From the IMG/VR virus record IMGVR_UViG_3300045988_138661: DNA of 64,000 nt. One strand, 5' to 3'. Position numbers and translations under genes: made by a program. Positions 1 to 12,000 of this stretch are shown here, piece after piece. The notes beneath the pieces were generated by a model. The model worked only from the letters and a program-made list of their open reading frames with translations. It searched no databases and had not been told where the DNA came from. The stretch is from a virus. Each line of letters opens with the position of its first letter. The stretch's first letter is position 1.

Positions 1-200
1 GTGCCTTGGAAACCAGAACCATTATTACCCCAGCCATTACCGCCCCAACCATTGAAGCAGAATAAGAACAGGATAATAATCCACCATGCTCCGTCTCCCC
101 ACATTCCGCCATCATTATTACGATAGCCATTTCCAGAAGCCGCAGCAATATCAGATAATGAATAATTCGGCGTGCTCATTGGATAATTGTAATTAAACAT
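1..200 (-). CDS. Partial small Gly/Asn/Trp-rich protein with a hydrophobic segment. N-terminal 67 aa visible (MFNYNYPMSTPNYSLSDIAAASGNGYRNNDGGMWGDGAWWIIILFLFCFNGWGGNGWGNNGSGFQG); runs off the window.
   Basis: ATG at 200-198 preceded by SD (gaaagaggttttgttATG). No stop before the window edge. Confidence 0.4.
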   Translation of the reverse strand, partial: MFNYNYPMSTPNYSLSDIAAASGNGYRNNDGGMWGDGAWWIIILFLFCFNGWGGNGWGNNGSGFQG

Positions 201-226
201 AACAAAACCTCTTTCTATAATTTTAT

Positions 227-475
227 TTATTTAAACCCCATTTGGGACTTAAAACTATTGAACTCTTTATCGAAATTCAACCCTCTTGATTCAAACAAAT
301 TACGAGCAAATTTTTCAATGTCATCGGATTGACCGTTCCGTGCCATTCGTAATAAATTATTGCCCATTGGCGTTCCGCCCATTTGATTTTCAAGCATAGA
401 TAAAACTAATTGCTATGGATTTTGACCGTTTTTAATCATAGCAATAATTTGCATTGGATTCATTGATTGTGTCAT
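227..475 (-). CDS. Hypothetical protein, 82 aa (MTQSMNPMQIIAMIKNGQNP-TAG-QLVLSMLENQMGG...), with one in-frame TAG.
   Basis: Hand translation: SD ggagagcttcaaATG, in-frame TAG (plus-strand CTA at 413-415), TAA stop at 229-227. Missed by the ORF track because of the TAG. Confidence 0.5.
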
Positions 476-487
476 TTGAAGCTCTCC

Positions 488-934
488 TTAAAAATTAAAC
501 TGCGGTTTGCTCTCTGCTGGTTGCTATGGAGTTGGCTAATCCGTTCCTTGAGATGGCGCAACCGCGTTATTGGATCCCATGATCTATGCAAATACTTCTT
601 TAATAGAAGTTAAGGTAGTATTAAATTCTTCTCGTGTTATATAGTCATTATTAGGCTAAGAAGAATTTGGGATTTCCTTTAATTCATACATATTGATAGA
701 AGCTGTTCCATCCATATTTATTTGTTTTGTATAAATTCTACGATTAGCATAGTCAGGAAAATAAAAAACTGAACCATCAAAATCTATATTCATAGCTCGA
801 ACCTCTTCTAAAGAAGCAACGGGTCTAATTCGCTATGCAGTACTGTTTTGAATCATAGGTGTAGCAGTTGTTCCATAAATAGGTCTATTATTACCTATTG
901 GATACTACTGCTATGGATAACCATAAGTATTCAT
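488..934 (-). CDS. Hypothetical protein, about 148 aa, with several in-frame TAG.
   Basis: ATG 934-932 with SD (ctccggaggtaataacATG). Frame stays open through CTA triplets to a TAA at 490-488 that overlaps the SD of the next gene. Confidence 0.45.
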
Positions 935-1063
935 GTTATTACCTCCGGAGAAATATAATAATGAAAGGTTTTATCTTTTCCTTTCATTATTATATGACTT
1001 TTATTTTGTGTAAATATATTATAATTACTGACACTTTTTGGATAAAAATTTCACTTACTTAAA

Positions 1064-1125
1064 ATTAAATAAATTTGACACTTTATAATTTTTTATTTTA
1101 CAATATTTAAAAATTTTTGTATAAT
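1064..1125 (+). promoter_or_regulatory. AT-rich promoter region upstream of the LytTR gene (TTGACA-N17-TTACAAT; repeated TGACACTTT motif).
   Basis: ttgacactttataattttttattttacaat, with a second tgtataattataat downstream. Confidence 0.3.
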
Positions 1126-1177
1126 TATAATATAGAAAGAATATAAAGATAGAAAAATTTTTTCTAAAATAAACAAA

Positions 1178-1894
1178 ATGAAGGTGATTAAAATTTTTAT
1201 CGTAGGTATTTGCGACAATAGCGATTAGCAAAATGACTCATTGGAAGAAATAATAAATCAGTATTTTAAAGAATTTAATTTGCCGGGATATATATATAAA
1301 TTTACTGATCCTGGAAAATTAATTGATTCTAATATTGATTATGATGCAATCTTTTTAGGAATTACATTCAAAAACATGGATGGCATTGAAATAGCTCATC
1401 TTTTAAGAACAAATGGGTATATTGGAAAAATAATTTTTGTTTCCTCCCAAATAAATTATGGAGTAGCTTCTTATGAAGTAAAGGCATTTAATTTCGTCAA
1501 AAAACCTGTTAATAAAGAAAAAATTTTTTCTATTTTACATGAAGTTAGAGAAGGAAAAAGACGTGAATATAAATATTTAGATACTCCTAACGGAGAAGTA
1601 AAAATTGATTTAAATAAAGTATTATATGCTGATATCCAAAAACGAAATTTATGTTGTCATTTAGAAAATGAGGTTCTAAATAGTAAAACTTTAAAAACTT
1701 CTTTTGAAAATTATATAGGAACTTTAGTTTATCATCCAGATTTTGTCTTTATCCCACCAAGTTTAATTATTAATTTAAATCAAATTAAAATAATGAATAA
1801 AGACAATTTAACTTTTAGAAATGGTGAAATTTTATACTTTCCTAAAAAAGGTTATGAAGAAATTAATCGACGATGGAAAAATCCATTTAGATAA
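1178..1894 (+). CDS. LytTR-family DNA-binding regulator with a degenerate receiver domain (FLGITF in place of FLDI). The long form starts at ATG 1178 and reads through one in-frame TAG at 1226-1228; the alternative TTG start at 1241 gives 217 aa.
   Basis: C-terminal LytTR-like segment (YADIQKRNLCCHLENEVLNSKTLKTSFENYIGTLVYHPDFVFIPPSLIINLNQI). Upstream in-frame MKVIKIFIVGICDNSD-TAG-QNDSLEE resembles receiver beta1/alpha1. TAA at 1892-1894. Confidence 0.6.
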
Positions 1895-1895
1895 A

Positions 1896-1937
1896 AAAAA
1901 ATAAGGGAGACATTCAATTAAGAATGTCTCCCTTATT
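1896..1937. terminator. Bidirectional intrinsic terminator between the LytTR gene and the leftward genes.
   Basis: aaaaaaaataagggagacattcaattaagaatgtctcccttatttttatt: 13-bp stem flanked by A and T runs. Confidence 0.6.
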
Positions 1938-2034
1938 TTTATTACTTTAAATCATCATTTGGAGTACGATAATTATTTACTGTAGATTCAATCTTTTCTT
2001 GTAAATATTTATTTAAATCGCCAAAAGCATTATT

Positions 2035-2349
2035 TAAATATTCTTTAGCGTCATCGCTTAAAATAAGCAATACCGCTTGATAAGTTCTCTAAAATGCTTC
2101 TTTTTGAGCAGCTTCATCAAACTTGCCTTGTTCTTTAAGAGAATTTACATAAGTTTGATTAGTGGCAATAACACAGTTAGTAATTGTGTCAGTAGCCATT
2201 TGCACATATTTATTTAAAATATCATTGTCAGTTTTCTTTTGTAGTTCTGCACTTTTTGCTTTAATCCAAATAACTATAAAAGTAGTTAAAGCACCAAGCA
2301 TAGGAATCAAGCACACTTGAAATAATTGATTAATCAAATTTTGATCCAT
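2035..2349 (-). CDS. Small membrane protein, holin-like (N-terminal TM helix LFQVCLIPMLGALTTFIVIWI, charged C-terminus), about 104 aa with one TAG.
   Basis: The ORF-track piece 2089..2349 ends at TAG (2089-2091). The frame continues to TAA at 2037-2035. SD aggagataatattATG. Confidence 0.45.
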
Positions 2350-2383
2350 AATATTATCTCCTTTTTCTTACAATAAATTTATA

Positions 2384-3412
2384 TTAAATCCAAGCCACTG
2401 GAACAGGTGTCCAAGTGCCTGTGGTAGAAGTCCTATATTTAAAAGTACCAGTTTTAGCAGTTGTATCTATCCATATTAAAGGCGCGGTGCCAGAAGCAGG
2501 CTATGTAGATCCAATATAAATAGAATAATCAGTAGTAGTTCCAACCGTAGGAGGAGTAGCATTATCAACATATTTTTTAGTTGCTAAATCCATATCTGCT
2601 GTAGGAATATAAGTATTATCCATGGTAATTTTACCATTTGCAGTCATTGTATTAGATTTATTTTTATATACTGCTTGTGTTACATCATCAGGAACAGTTG
2701 CTAATTTATCATCAATTTGTTTAATAGCACTACTTACTTTATTATTAATAGTTATTTCAGCATTATCTACTGCTTCCTAAATCTAAGCAACTTTTTCGTC
2801 TACATTAATTGCGGCGGCTCCTTCAATACCCATAACCGCAAGATAATCATCAGCTTCACTGGTCCAACCATTTAAAGTAATAACTTTTCCTTCAATGGTA
2901 TAATGATCTGTTTCTTTTAACATAATACCATTGTAATATAAAGTTAAAGCACTGCTATCATCAAAATCAAAAGGAATGGTAAATGTATTCTAATTTGCTT
3001 TTGCGGTAAATACATATTTATTTATAGGTTTACTTATTATATTAGTAGGACAAGTAACATTATGCTCAATTCCATTAATATTTATTGTACCAATTTTACT
3101 TCCAGTATCATCAATATTTTCATAAGATACTTCTGACAATTCCGCTAAATTACGTCCGTTTTCATCATAAGTAGCATAATCCGCGTGATCAGTATATAAA
3201 TTTAATCTTTTATCTTTAGTATCAATATAAAATTTATGAGTGTCTTCTGTAAAATAAGCATATCCTTCTGTAATAGGAGTACTGTCTGCTGTTGTAAATA
3301 AAGTTTTTCCTGAATCTAAGGCAGGAAAAGGAATTTTACCATTAACTACTTCAGCATTATCATAGGAAACTAAATTATTTGAGTTTCCTTTTAAAATTTT
3401 AAATAGAGCCAT
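2384..3412 (-). CDS. Putative tail fibre or receptor-binding protein, about 342 aa, with TAG.
   Basis: ORF 2990..3412 with SD ggagttattgaagatcgATG. Same frame continues through CTA triplets to TAA at 2386-2384. Confidence 0.4.
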
Positions 3413-3482
3413 CGATCTTCAATAACTCCTTTCTATAAATTAATGGTATAGAATTAATTAATAATTCTATACCATTTAGTTT

Positions 3483-4107
3483 ATTTATTCAAGAACAATC
3501 CAATAAACATCCAACCCATTACCACCAACAAATCCTTCTAAACGAGCTAAACGCTCCCAAATTTGTTGAACTACTTGGCTATCATCAATTACATAATAAT
3601 CTTCTTCTTTTACAATAGAATCTAAATTGAGCTTAGAATAAATCTAAAGACTTGCTGGCAATGTATTTAAATTATATAATAAATTATTAGAATCTTTTTC
3701 TATTTTGTAAAAAGTTATCATATAATTTAAATTACCAGATTTTTTAGTAGCACTATAATTTAAAACCCAAGGAAAAATAATTTTATCTTTATGAGTTAAA
3801 GTATCATAATATGGAACTGGATAAATACGTTTTTCATTGTCAGCATTAATATACTAAATAATACACATCATATTAGTTAAATCCATAGTGTCAAAATATC
3901 TATCTACTTCAAAATAAATAATTTCAGCAGCATGGTCGCCTTCAACTGTAATATAATTATTTTCATTACTAATAGTCCTTGAATTTAAATTTATCTAAAC
4001 TAATTTTTCATCTTCTGGAGCAGGAAAAGCTGGATATTTTACTGGAAAATTTTCATCTTGTATTTGATGTAAAACGCTATAATAATCAGTTGGATTAGTT
4101 ATCATTT
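3483..4107 (-). CDS. Hypothetical protein, about 208 aa, paralogous to the N-terminal domain of gene 4111..5794 (shared AEIIYFEVDRYFD / AETIYFQIDRYFD block). Candidate fibre chaperone or assembly protein.
   Basis: Hand translation from ATG about 4107 (ggtaaaataaATG) through three TAG to a stop near 3483. Not in the ORF track because of the TAG. Confidence 0.45.
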
Positions 4108-4110
4108 ATT

Positions 4111-5794
4111 TTACCTCTTATATCGTAAGTACTCCTGGCTTTGATTTTCTTTCACCTTTTTTAATAATAACAGCCACTTGAGTAATATTTTCATTTATTT
4201 CTATTGCGTTATTAGTCCCAGAAGTAGTTATTTGAGTAACACCTTCAGCATTTTTCCACTAATATTCATAAATTCCATTTCCTAACTCACTAGTATTAGT
4301 GATATTAACAATATATTTTCCATTTTCAGTTTTTACTTCACCAGTAGGCACTAAATTGATAGGATCAAAATAATTAGTAAAATTAATTGGACCATAATCT
4401 ATATTATCTTTATTTTTATACCCATGAACTGTTAAAGTATAATTATCTTCTTGAGTTAAAGTTACAGTTTTTTCATTGCTAAATTCAGACCCATTCTTTG
4501 TCCAAAGATAAGTACATTGAACTCCTTCATCATTCTACCCAATAGCAGTAATTGTATTAGAAGAGCCATAATAACATCCATTATCAGGAGAGGGATCAAG
4601 AATAATTTTAAAATCTTCACTAATACCTTCCACAACAACACTTAATCCTACCCATTTAACTTCTCTACTTACTTGATTTGCGGTCGTACCATAGGCAGTT
4701 ACACTATAACTTCCGCACCCGTCGACTTCACAATATTGGACTTTTAAATAAAGATCATTCTTTTTAGCAACATAATTCTCAAGATTAATATCGCTACTAC
4801 TATTAATATAAGTATCTCCATTTTTAGTGAAATAAGTCAATTTTTCGTTATAGGCCATATCTCCGCTAAAAATACTATTATCATCAACAATTTTTTTGTA
4901 TTCATAGCCAATACCATTTTTTAATTCAGTATTAGTTCCTCTATAATTACAAATCCATTTATATTCAATAGTAGTATTGTCTGGATTGTTTAAAGTATCA
5001 TTATAAGCTAAAGCATATAATTTATCACCAGTTAAATAAACTGATTTATTATTTAAAATACTTGTCAAGAAAGCCACATTATCAGGGACTCCAAAGCCCG
5101 CAGATTTCTTTGAATCAATTAAACTTTCTAAATACCCAGTTAAATAATCAACAGGTTGCGCGGTAATTAAGTCTTCATCAATGTCTAAAGTTTTATTAAT
5201 AACCATTTGCGCGGGTAATGTATTAAATACATACATTAAATTATTATTATCTTTTGGATTTTTTTTGAAGAAAATAATAGAAAACTATAAAGTACCAGGT
5301 TCACTAGTTACTTCATCACTAATTTGCCAACCAAAAATTAATTTTCCAGCAGTACCAATATCGGGGCAAATAGCTTCAGAATAACCTTGAATTTGATCGT
5401 TCAAATAATACTAAATATAAATTTTAATATCATCAGCTGCTAAATCTTGTAAATCAAAATATCTATCAATTTGGAAATAAATTGTTTCTGCCAAATGATC
5501 ATTTTCAACAGTAAGTAGTTGAGTTTTTCCAAATTCTTTAGTTAATTCAATTTGACGAGTATCAGCATTTATATTTATAATAGGCTCATCTAAGGGTATG
5601 CGAAGAACAGATGGATCTAGTTTCTTCATTTGAACAATACCAGTGATGTTACTATAATAGTCTTCAATAGATTTTATTTCAACGATTTTTCCATTAACGT
5701 TTTTTATTTTATTATCTTTAGCTAAAGTATTAATTTTCTTTTGAAGTTCTTCCCACTTAGCTTGTTCGATAACACTATCATTTTTAACTATCAA
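4111..5794 (-). CDS. Structural, tail-fibre-like protein of about 560 aa. N-terminal domain paralogous to 3483..4107, C-terminal domain Asn/Gly/Tyr-rich. TTG start.
   Basis: ORFs 5411..5794 and 4535..5236 are in the same frame. The gap 5237-5410 was checked codon by codon: only TAG, no TAA or TGA. TTG start 9 nt after SD aaaggaagag, with a TAA immediately upstream. Confidence 0.45.
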
Positions 5795-5804
5795 ATCTAT
5801 CTCT

Positions 5805-5845
5805 TCCTTTCTAAAAAAATTAGGTTAAATAGTTTTTTTCCTATT
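5805..5845. terminator. Hairpin plus T-run terminator (aggttaaatag ttttttt cctatttaacct aatttttttt).
   Basis: Perfect inverted repeat flanked by T or A runs on both strands. Confidence 0.5.
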
Positions 5846-5889
5846 TAACCTAATTTTTTTTATATTTAAATCAATGTATTCTGGCCTAT

Positions 5890-6090
5890 TTAAACCTCAT
5901 ACCATTCTTTTAATTCATTTTCAGGAACTAAAGGAGAGATGGAAAAGAATTCTTTTCCATCTCTTGTTAATTTTTTATTGTAATCTGCTATTAATCTATA
6001 TAAAGTAGTTGCAGGAATTCCTGTTAATTGAATAGAAGATTCAATAATACCATTAGAACCCATATATCTATAAACAATTTCTTTTTCCAT
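5890..6090 (-). CDS. Hypothetical protein, 66 aa, TAG-free.
   Basis: ORF track. SD gaggacaaattATG. Real TAA stop at 5892-5890. Confidence 0.55.
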   Translation of the reverse strand: MEKEIVYRYMGSNGIIESSIQLTGIPATTLYRLIADYNKKLTRDGKEFFSISPLVPENELKEWYEV

Positions 6091-6099
6091 AATTTGTCC

Positions 6100-9000
6100 T
6101 CACTTTACAATAGGCTCTTCTTCAAAATTCGCTCTATTGGATATCATTGCTTCATAAATATTATGTAAAGTATTTTTAACACTTTCACCATAACTAGCCA
6201 CATAATAATATCTAAAACGACCTGTGTATCCATTAGCAACAGTAGGCATACCAGTTTGACGAGGAGTAAAAATATTACCAGAACTATCTGCTGTAATTTG
6301 TTTAATTGGGTGTTTATTAGTACCAATCTATACTTGGATAGCACCAGTATAACCTTTAAACTAATTACCAGACATATTTAAAATTGTCTGGCCAGAAAAT
6401 GCATTTATATCAAAATTAAGAATACCGTCTTTGCATCCCTCTATAATTAAATTATAAGGAGAATAAGAACCCATCTTACTTTGATAAAATGCTTGAGCTC
6501 CAAAAGTCAAACCTTCAGTAGAAGAAGAATAAGGAATTATGTTATTACGGCTTAAAGGACATTGATAAAATGCTTTAGTGCCAATTTTCTTTAAACAATC
6601 ACTAAATTGGAAATATTCTAATCCGCTATCTAAAATAAAGGCATAATCATCTATTACAGAAATTTTATTACTATCTTTTGGAGCAAAGAATATAGCAGTA
6701 ATATTAGGATTTACCTGAATACCAACTGCTGCTGAGGGGTTAACTTGACTATATTTAATTCTTGTAATTGGCTAACCATTATAAGTTGTAGGTAAAGTAA
6801 TTTTGCCTTTTAAATTCTTAGCTAAGTCAGTCATTGCAAATGATAATTCTCCATCAGAGTTTATAATATCATAATATTTATGAGTAGCATCATTAGTTAA
6901 AATATTATCATAAACACTAATCGGCTCTCCAACAGCATAAAATTCGCGGTCAGCATAGGCTAGTTGTTTAGTTAAATCAATTTTAACTCCATCCTTATCC
7001 GCCCATCCCGTCTATCTCCAAGTCCACTCTAATGGGTCTTCGCCTTCTGGTAAATCAGATACTTCTGTATTATTAAAATAATAGAATTCTTTTGGAACAG
7101 TAATTTTTTCACCATAATTAAATACTTTCTTTACAGTTGAATCATTAATAATGCGGTCACCATTAACGAAAGTGATCGTATAAGATTTACGCTCAAATCT
7201 CGCTTTAAAAATATAATCCATTTTATTAGGTTGTAAAGACAAAGAATTCCAATCGCTTTTTAAAACAACGTCTTCTTCATTTACATTTTTTCCAACAGTA
7301 ATTACTAATTCTCCCGTATCATCTTCCCAACCTTTAAAATCATAAGTTGGCATTTTTTCTTGTAAGCTACCAAAAGAAATATAAGTTTCACTAGAAGAAT
7401 TTGTTGGATCATCAAAGAATTCACTGCTAGATAAGGGTAATTTCTAAGTTTTTAGAACCTCCTAAATTAACACTCCATCAATATCTTCTTTTTCTAAAAT
7501 AAACTTGGCAGAACATTCTTGTTTAACGTTTTCTACAAAAATTATTAAATCAGGGTATTTATTCTATAACTCAGTCTAGATAATAGATTCATCAATCTAA
7601 TTATTATTTTTTATATACATAACACCAGATATTTCTGGCTTATTAGTATTAAGACCCCTATAATTATTATAAATATCAATTAATAAATTATAATCAGTTA
7701 TTATACTATGATTATTATTGTCTCCATTTATTGTATCTAAATAATAAATCTGATTATTTTTAATATCAGATTTTGTTATTTTATTAACCTAATCTTTTGG
7801 AATAGCTACCAACTAAAAATGTCCATTATCTCTATAATAAGATTTTCTTTCTGGATCAAGAGTTGTTTTAGTGTCAGTCAGAAGTCTATATGGACTCCAC
7901 TAAACATTATTTAAATTAATAATACAATTAGATAAATCTAATTTACTATTTTTACTAGCTGAAATATATTTGCGTAATAATTTATAACTATTATAGCCTA
8001 AATTGCCACCTCGAATATCAAAAGTTCTTATCTCAGTTTTTTCTTTTCCTTCTTCAGCATCGGTAAGACCTTGAATATATAAACCACGATTTTCATCTAA
8101 AATCTCAAGTTTTCCAGTAATCGGATTTTTTTTAGGATATACATAATTAGTTATTAATTTCGTTAATAAATTAGCTTCTATTAAACTTAAATAATTTGTT
8201 CGATTAGTTAAATATAAAGTATTTAAAGCTACTCCAGGAGCGAAATTAACTCTCGGAATATTAGATTTAGTATTTCTAAAGTTTTCAAGTTTTTCACTTT
8301 TAGTTAAATCTAATGCACCCTAGTCTTTTTTAAAGTTAATATTACAAAGATTCATTTCTTTAAGTAAAGGCATTCCACCTTTTGGGAAGGACCAGTCATT
8401 TACATCATTATTAAAATATTCATTACCGCTTTCATCTTTTCCATCATATCCTAATAATAAATCAGTTAAACGCTCCATTTTTCCTTCAGCTGCAAACTCT
8501 TGGAAATATAATTTACTTAAATCACCAAGGGATTTCATTTGATCCATTCCATAAATATAATATAATTGTTCTTTATAATTACCGCTACTCATAATTCCTT
8601 TTTTAATATCAGGAGCTACATATTTAACCGGTTCTAAACCATTATATTTTTTTGAAGGAAAATTTTCTCCATCTGTACCAATAGTAACATAGGCATTACG
8701 CGCGGGTTCCATGTTGATCCAATATTCACCATCAAACATATGATTTTTTTCTTCGAATTCAGCACCATTTTTCCAATACTGAGAATTTGTAATTAATCCT
8801 TCCATATTTTGAGTGTTAGTACCTTCAATCCATTTATCTGATGTATTCTTAGGATTGTTCGCGGAAATACGACTTCTAATATAGCTTCCTCCACCGTTTC
8901 TGGCATAAGTGCCAACAGTCAACCAAGAGTCAATGTAATTAAGACGATTAGCTAAAAATTGCGCGCGATAAAGATTTCTATCTCCTTGCAAAGCATAAAA

Positions 9001-12000
9001 ATATTTATCATCTTCAACCTCATATGAACCTCCATCAGTTAAACGGCCAAATACTGGCATATTTTCAGCTTTAGAATTTGTTGGAATAATATATTTAAAT
9101 TCTTCATCTAAGCTTAAAGCAATAATTGGTCGATCTCCTAAAGCGGCATAACTATCAAGAAATACTGATGGATCAGTACGATACCATTTATCTACAATAT
9201 CGCTCTTTTTAGCCCCTGCTCCTGCGCCTTTAGTAAAAATTTTATTTACTCTTGAATCATTTGGGCTATAAGAATTATTTTGAGTTCCCATTAATTGCTT
9301 ATATTTATCTACCATTTTATTCTTAAAGAAAGTATAAAAATTATTCCAAAGAACACTATCATTAGTCGAAAAACTTCCTTCTTCAGTAGCATCAATATAA
9401 TATTCAAAAGATGGGATACCGGTATTATTAATACCTAGTTGAGTATCAATATCATAAAAGATAGGATACCAAATATAATGCTATTTACCGGTAGATTTTT
9501 GAACATTGCCTTTTTGCGGACCCCAAGAAGCAAACATTGCATTTTTTCCACGAGAATCATAACATTCAAAAATTTCCGTCATCAAAAGATAAGAAGCCAA
9601 ATATTCGATATCAAAGAAATTACTTAATTCATTTTTAAATTTAGCTTGACGGTATTCTTTACTATCTTTAGTATAAGTAATAGAATCATAAGTTACTGGT
9701 TTAGGCAATCTCCATCTTTCATCAATAAGATCTTCATTTTTAACAAAAGAATAATAATCTAAAGAAGAATTAAATTTATCAGAACTTAATACATAAATTT
9801 CATTTTTACTATCAACTAAAAGGTAGTAAGTATTTGTTTTATATACTTTACTCAAATCATTTGTAAGTTTTATACTTATATAATTTACTTTATTATTTTC
9901 ATTAATCTATTTATAATACCTTAATTCAGGATTATAATCTTCAGAAGCTAATTTATAAATAATTTTTCCATCTTTATTAACCCCATCTTCGATGTAATAT
10001 TCATTAGGGGTGTATATAGCTGCTGCAAGTCCTTCAACTTTAGTATAAGTACCCATAGATTGAAGCTCTAATTTCTATCCATCCTCAAACTCAATCTTAC
10101 CACAATCTAAACAGGTACTCCATACCCAACTAACTGCATCTTCCCAGTTAGACATTAAAGCTAAGAGCAATTCTTGTTTACTTGTATTATTACCAACATT
10201 AAATTCTATTTCTTCTCCATCTGGATTTTTTATAATCCATTTAATAGATTTTACACCAGTAATTTCATCAATTATTTCTTTTTTAATAAGCCTATCAGGA
10301 GCTACATTTTTTAATTCTTCTCCAACAATCTTAGTCTATGTTCCATCTGGGTCATCCCAGTCTTTTAAATTAAATAACTATTCAGCAATTAAATCATCAT
10401 TTGGATTATATCTTGGTTCAAAAGAATCAACAACTTTTGGAGCGCCTTTAACTAATTCAGGATTATCTCCATCTGGAGGAATTACCATATTAGGATTCCT
10501 AAATGATAATTTATAACGATTCCAAGGGTCGCGGAAAGAACAATATGTTCTTGAATTATTCTAAAATTCCCAACATTCAGCAATATCTCTTACTTTTGGA
10601 GTTCCATTAATTTGATTCTATAAAACCTTTTTATCAGGCTTAAATCCATAGCATTCATCTGACCCTTTGTCTAATAGCATATTATATTTACCAATAAAAA
10701 TACAATTACTGCTATTTTCTTTAGAATATGTATTATCATCATTAGACATATAATGGAAAGCTAAAACTGGGAATCCTTTCACTGAAGTACGATAATCTTC
10801 TAAATTTCCATATAAATTATAATTATCAAAAGAATCTTTATAATCTTCTACGGGATGTTTAGAATAAATTTCATTAACTAAATTAGCAAACCCTCTATTA
10901 TAATCTCCTGAAGATTCCATAAAATCTATTTTTAAAGTAAACTTAGTAGTACCAACTGTTTTATTATCCATATAAAACCATTCTAAATAACAAGGATGTT
11001 TAGTTATATCTTCATTATACTAATCTCCTGCTTTTTTATAAGCCTCAGCAAATGGGCCTCTATTTAAAAGCATTGATTTTTTACATTTAGCCTTATAATT
11101 ACGACGAGGATAAAATTGTGAAGAAGTGCCTTGGACTTGAAAAGTACATCCATTAAGAACAGTTATAAAACTAGGGCAATGATGTATATAATAATTCTAT
11201 ACAGCAGTATATTTTATTGTTTCTATCCCAGTCTCTTTATTTTTTTCAATTACAGGTTTCCATCCTTCTTTTATAGCAACTTTTTCTAATTCGCCACTAT
11301 TATAAGCAGCATCTAAAGCCGTATTAACAAATTCTAAAGTTCCTTCCTAACTTCCTTTTGCTTTAGAATAAGGTAATCTATTATCTGTGTTGTTTTTATT
11401 ATTTTTAGTAGTTCTTAAAATAATATAAGGCATTAAAGGATCAGTAGGATGATTATCATTATACTTTTTCATTTTAGTATAAGAGAATACATCATCTTTT
11501 AATACCGTGTTATTCTCGTAAAGGTCTTTTTGATCCCATTGTTTTATACTTCTTTTATCAAAAGCATAATTTTGGACTATTTCAGGAATAGTTAAATCTG
11601 TATCATAAACTCTAATACTATAAATATCAATATCACAAGTATTAGACATAAATTTAATGGAATCAGAATCAATATTCCAAACATCACTATTACAACGTAC
11701 AACACTAGTTAAAACGCCATTCATAAAAATTTCTAATAATTTAGAATTTCCGCCTTCTATATCGCTTTTCTTTTTAGTATAAACAAATGAAAGATTTAGC
11801 ATTTCATTTTCAATAAAATCAACTGAAACTGTTTCTTGAGCGCCATTAGCCGTAAATACAGCATCCTATGGACTAAAATAAATACCAGGAGAAACGGAAC
11901 TTCCTAATTTACCATACACACAAACTAAATTCTTTAAATTAAAATCTTGTTCTATTTTATTATACTCTAAATCATCATAACTATAATTAGTTGTCGGTAA

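Noticed and set aside
6144-6344. 66-aa hydrophobic minus-strand ORF.
   Set aside because: Off-frame relative to the continuous TAG-containing frame that runs through this region. AT-rich frame artefact.
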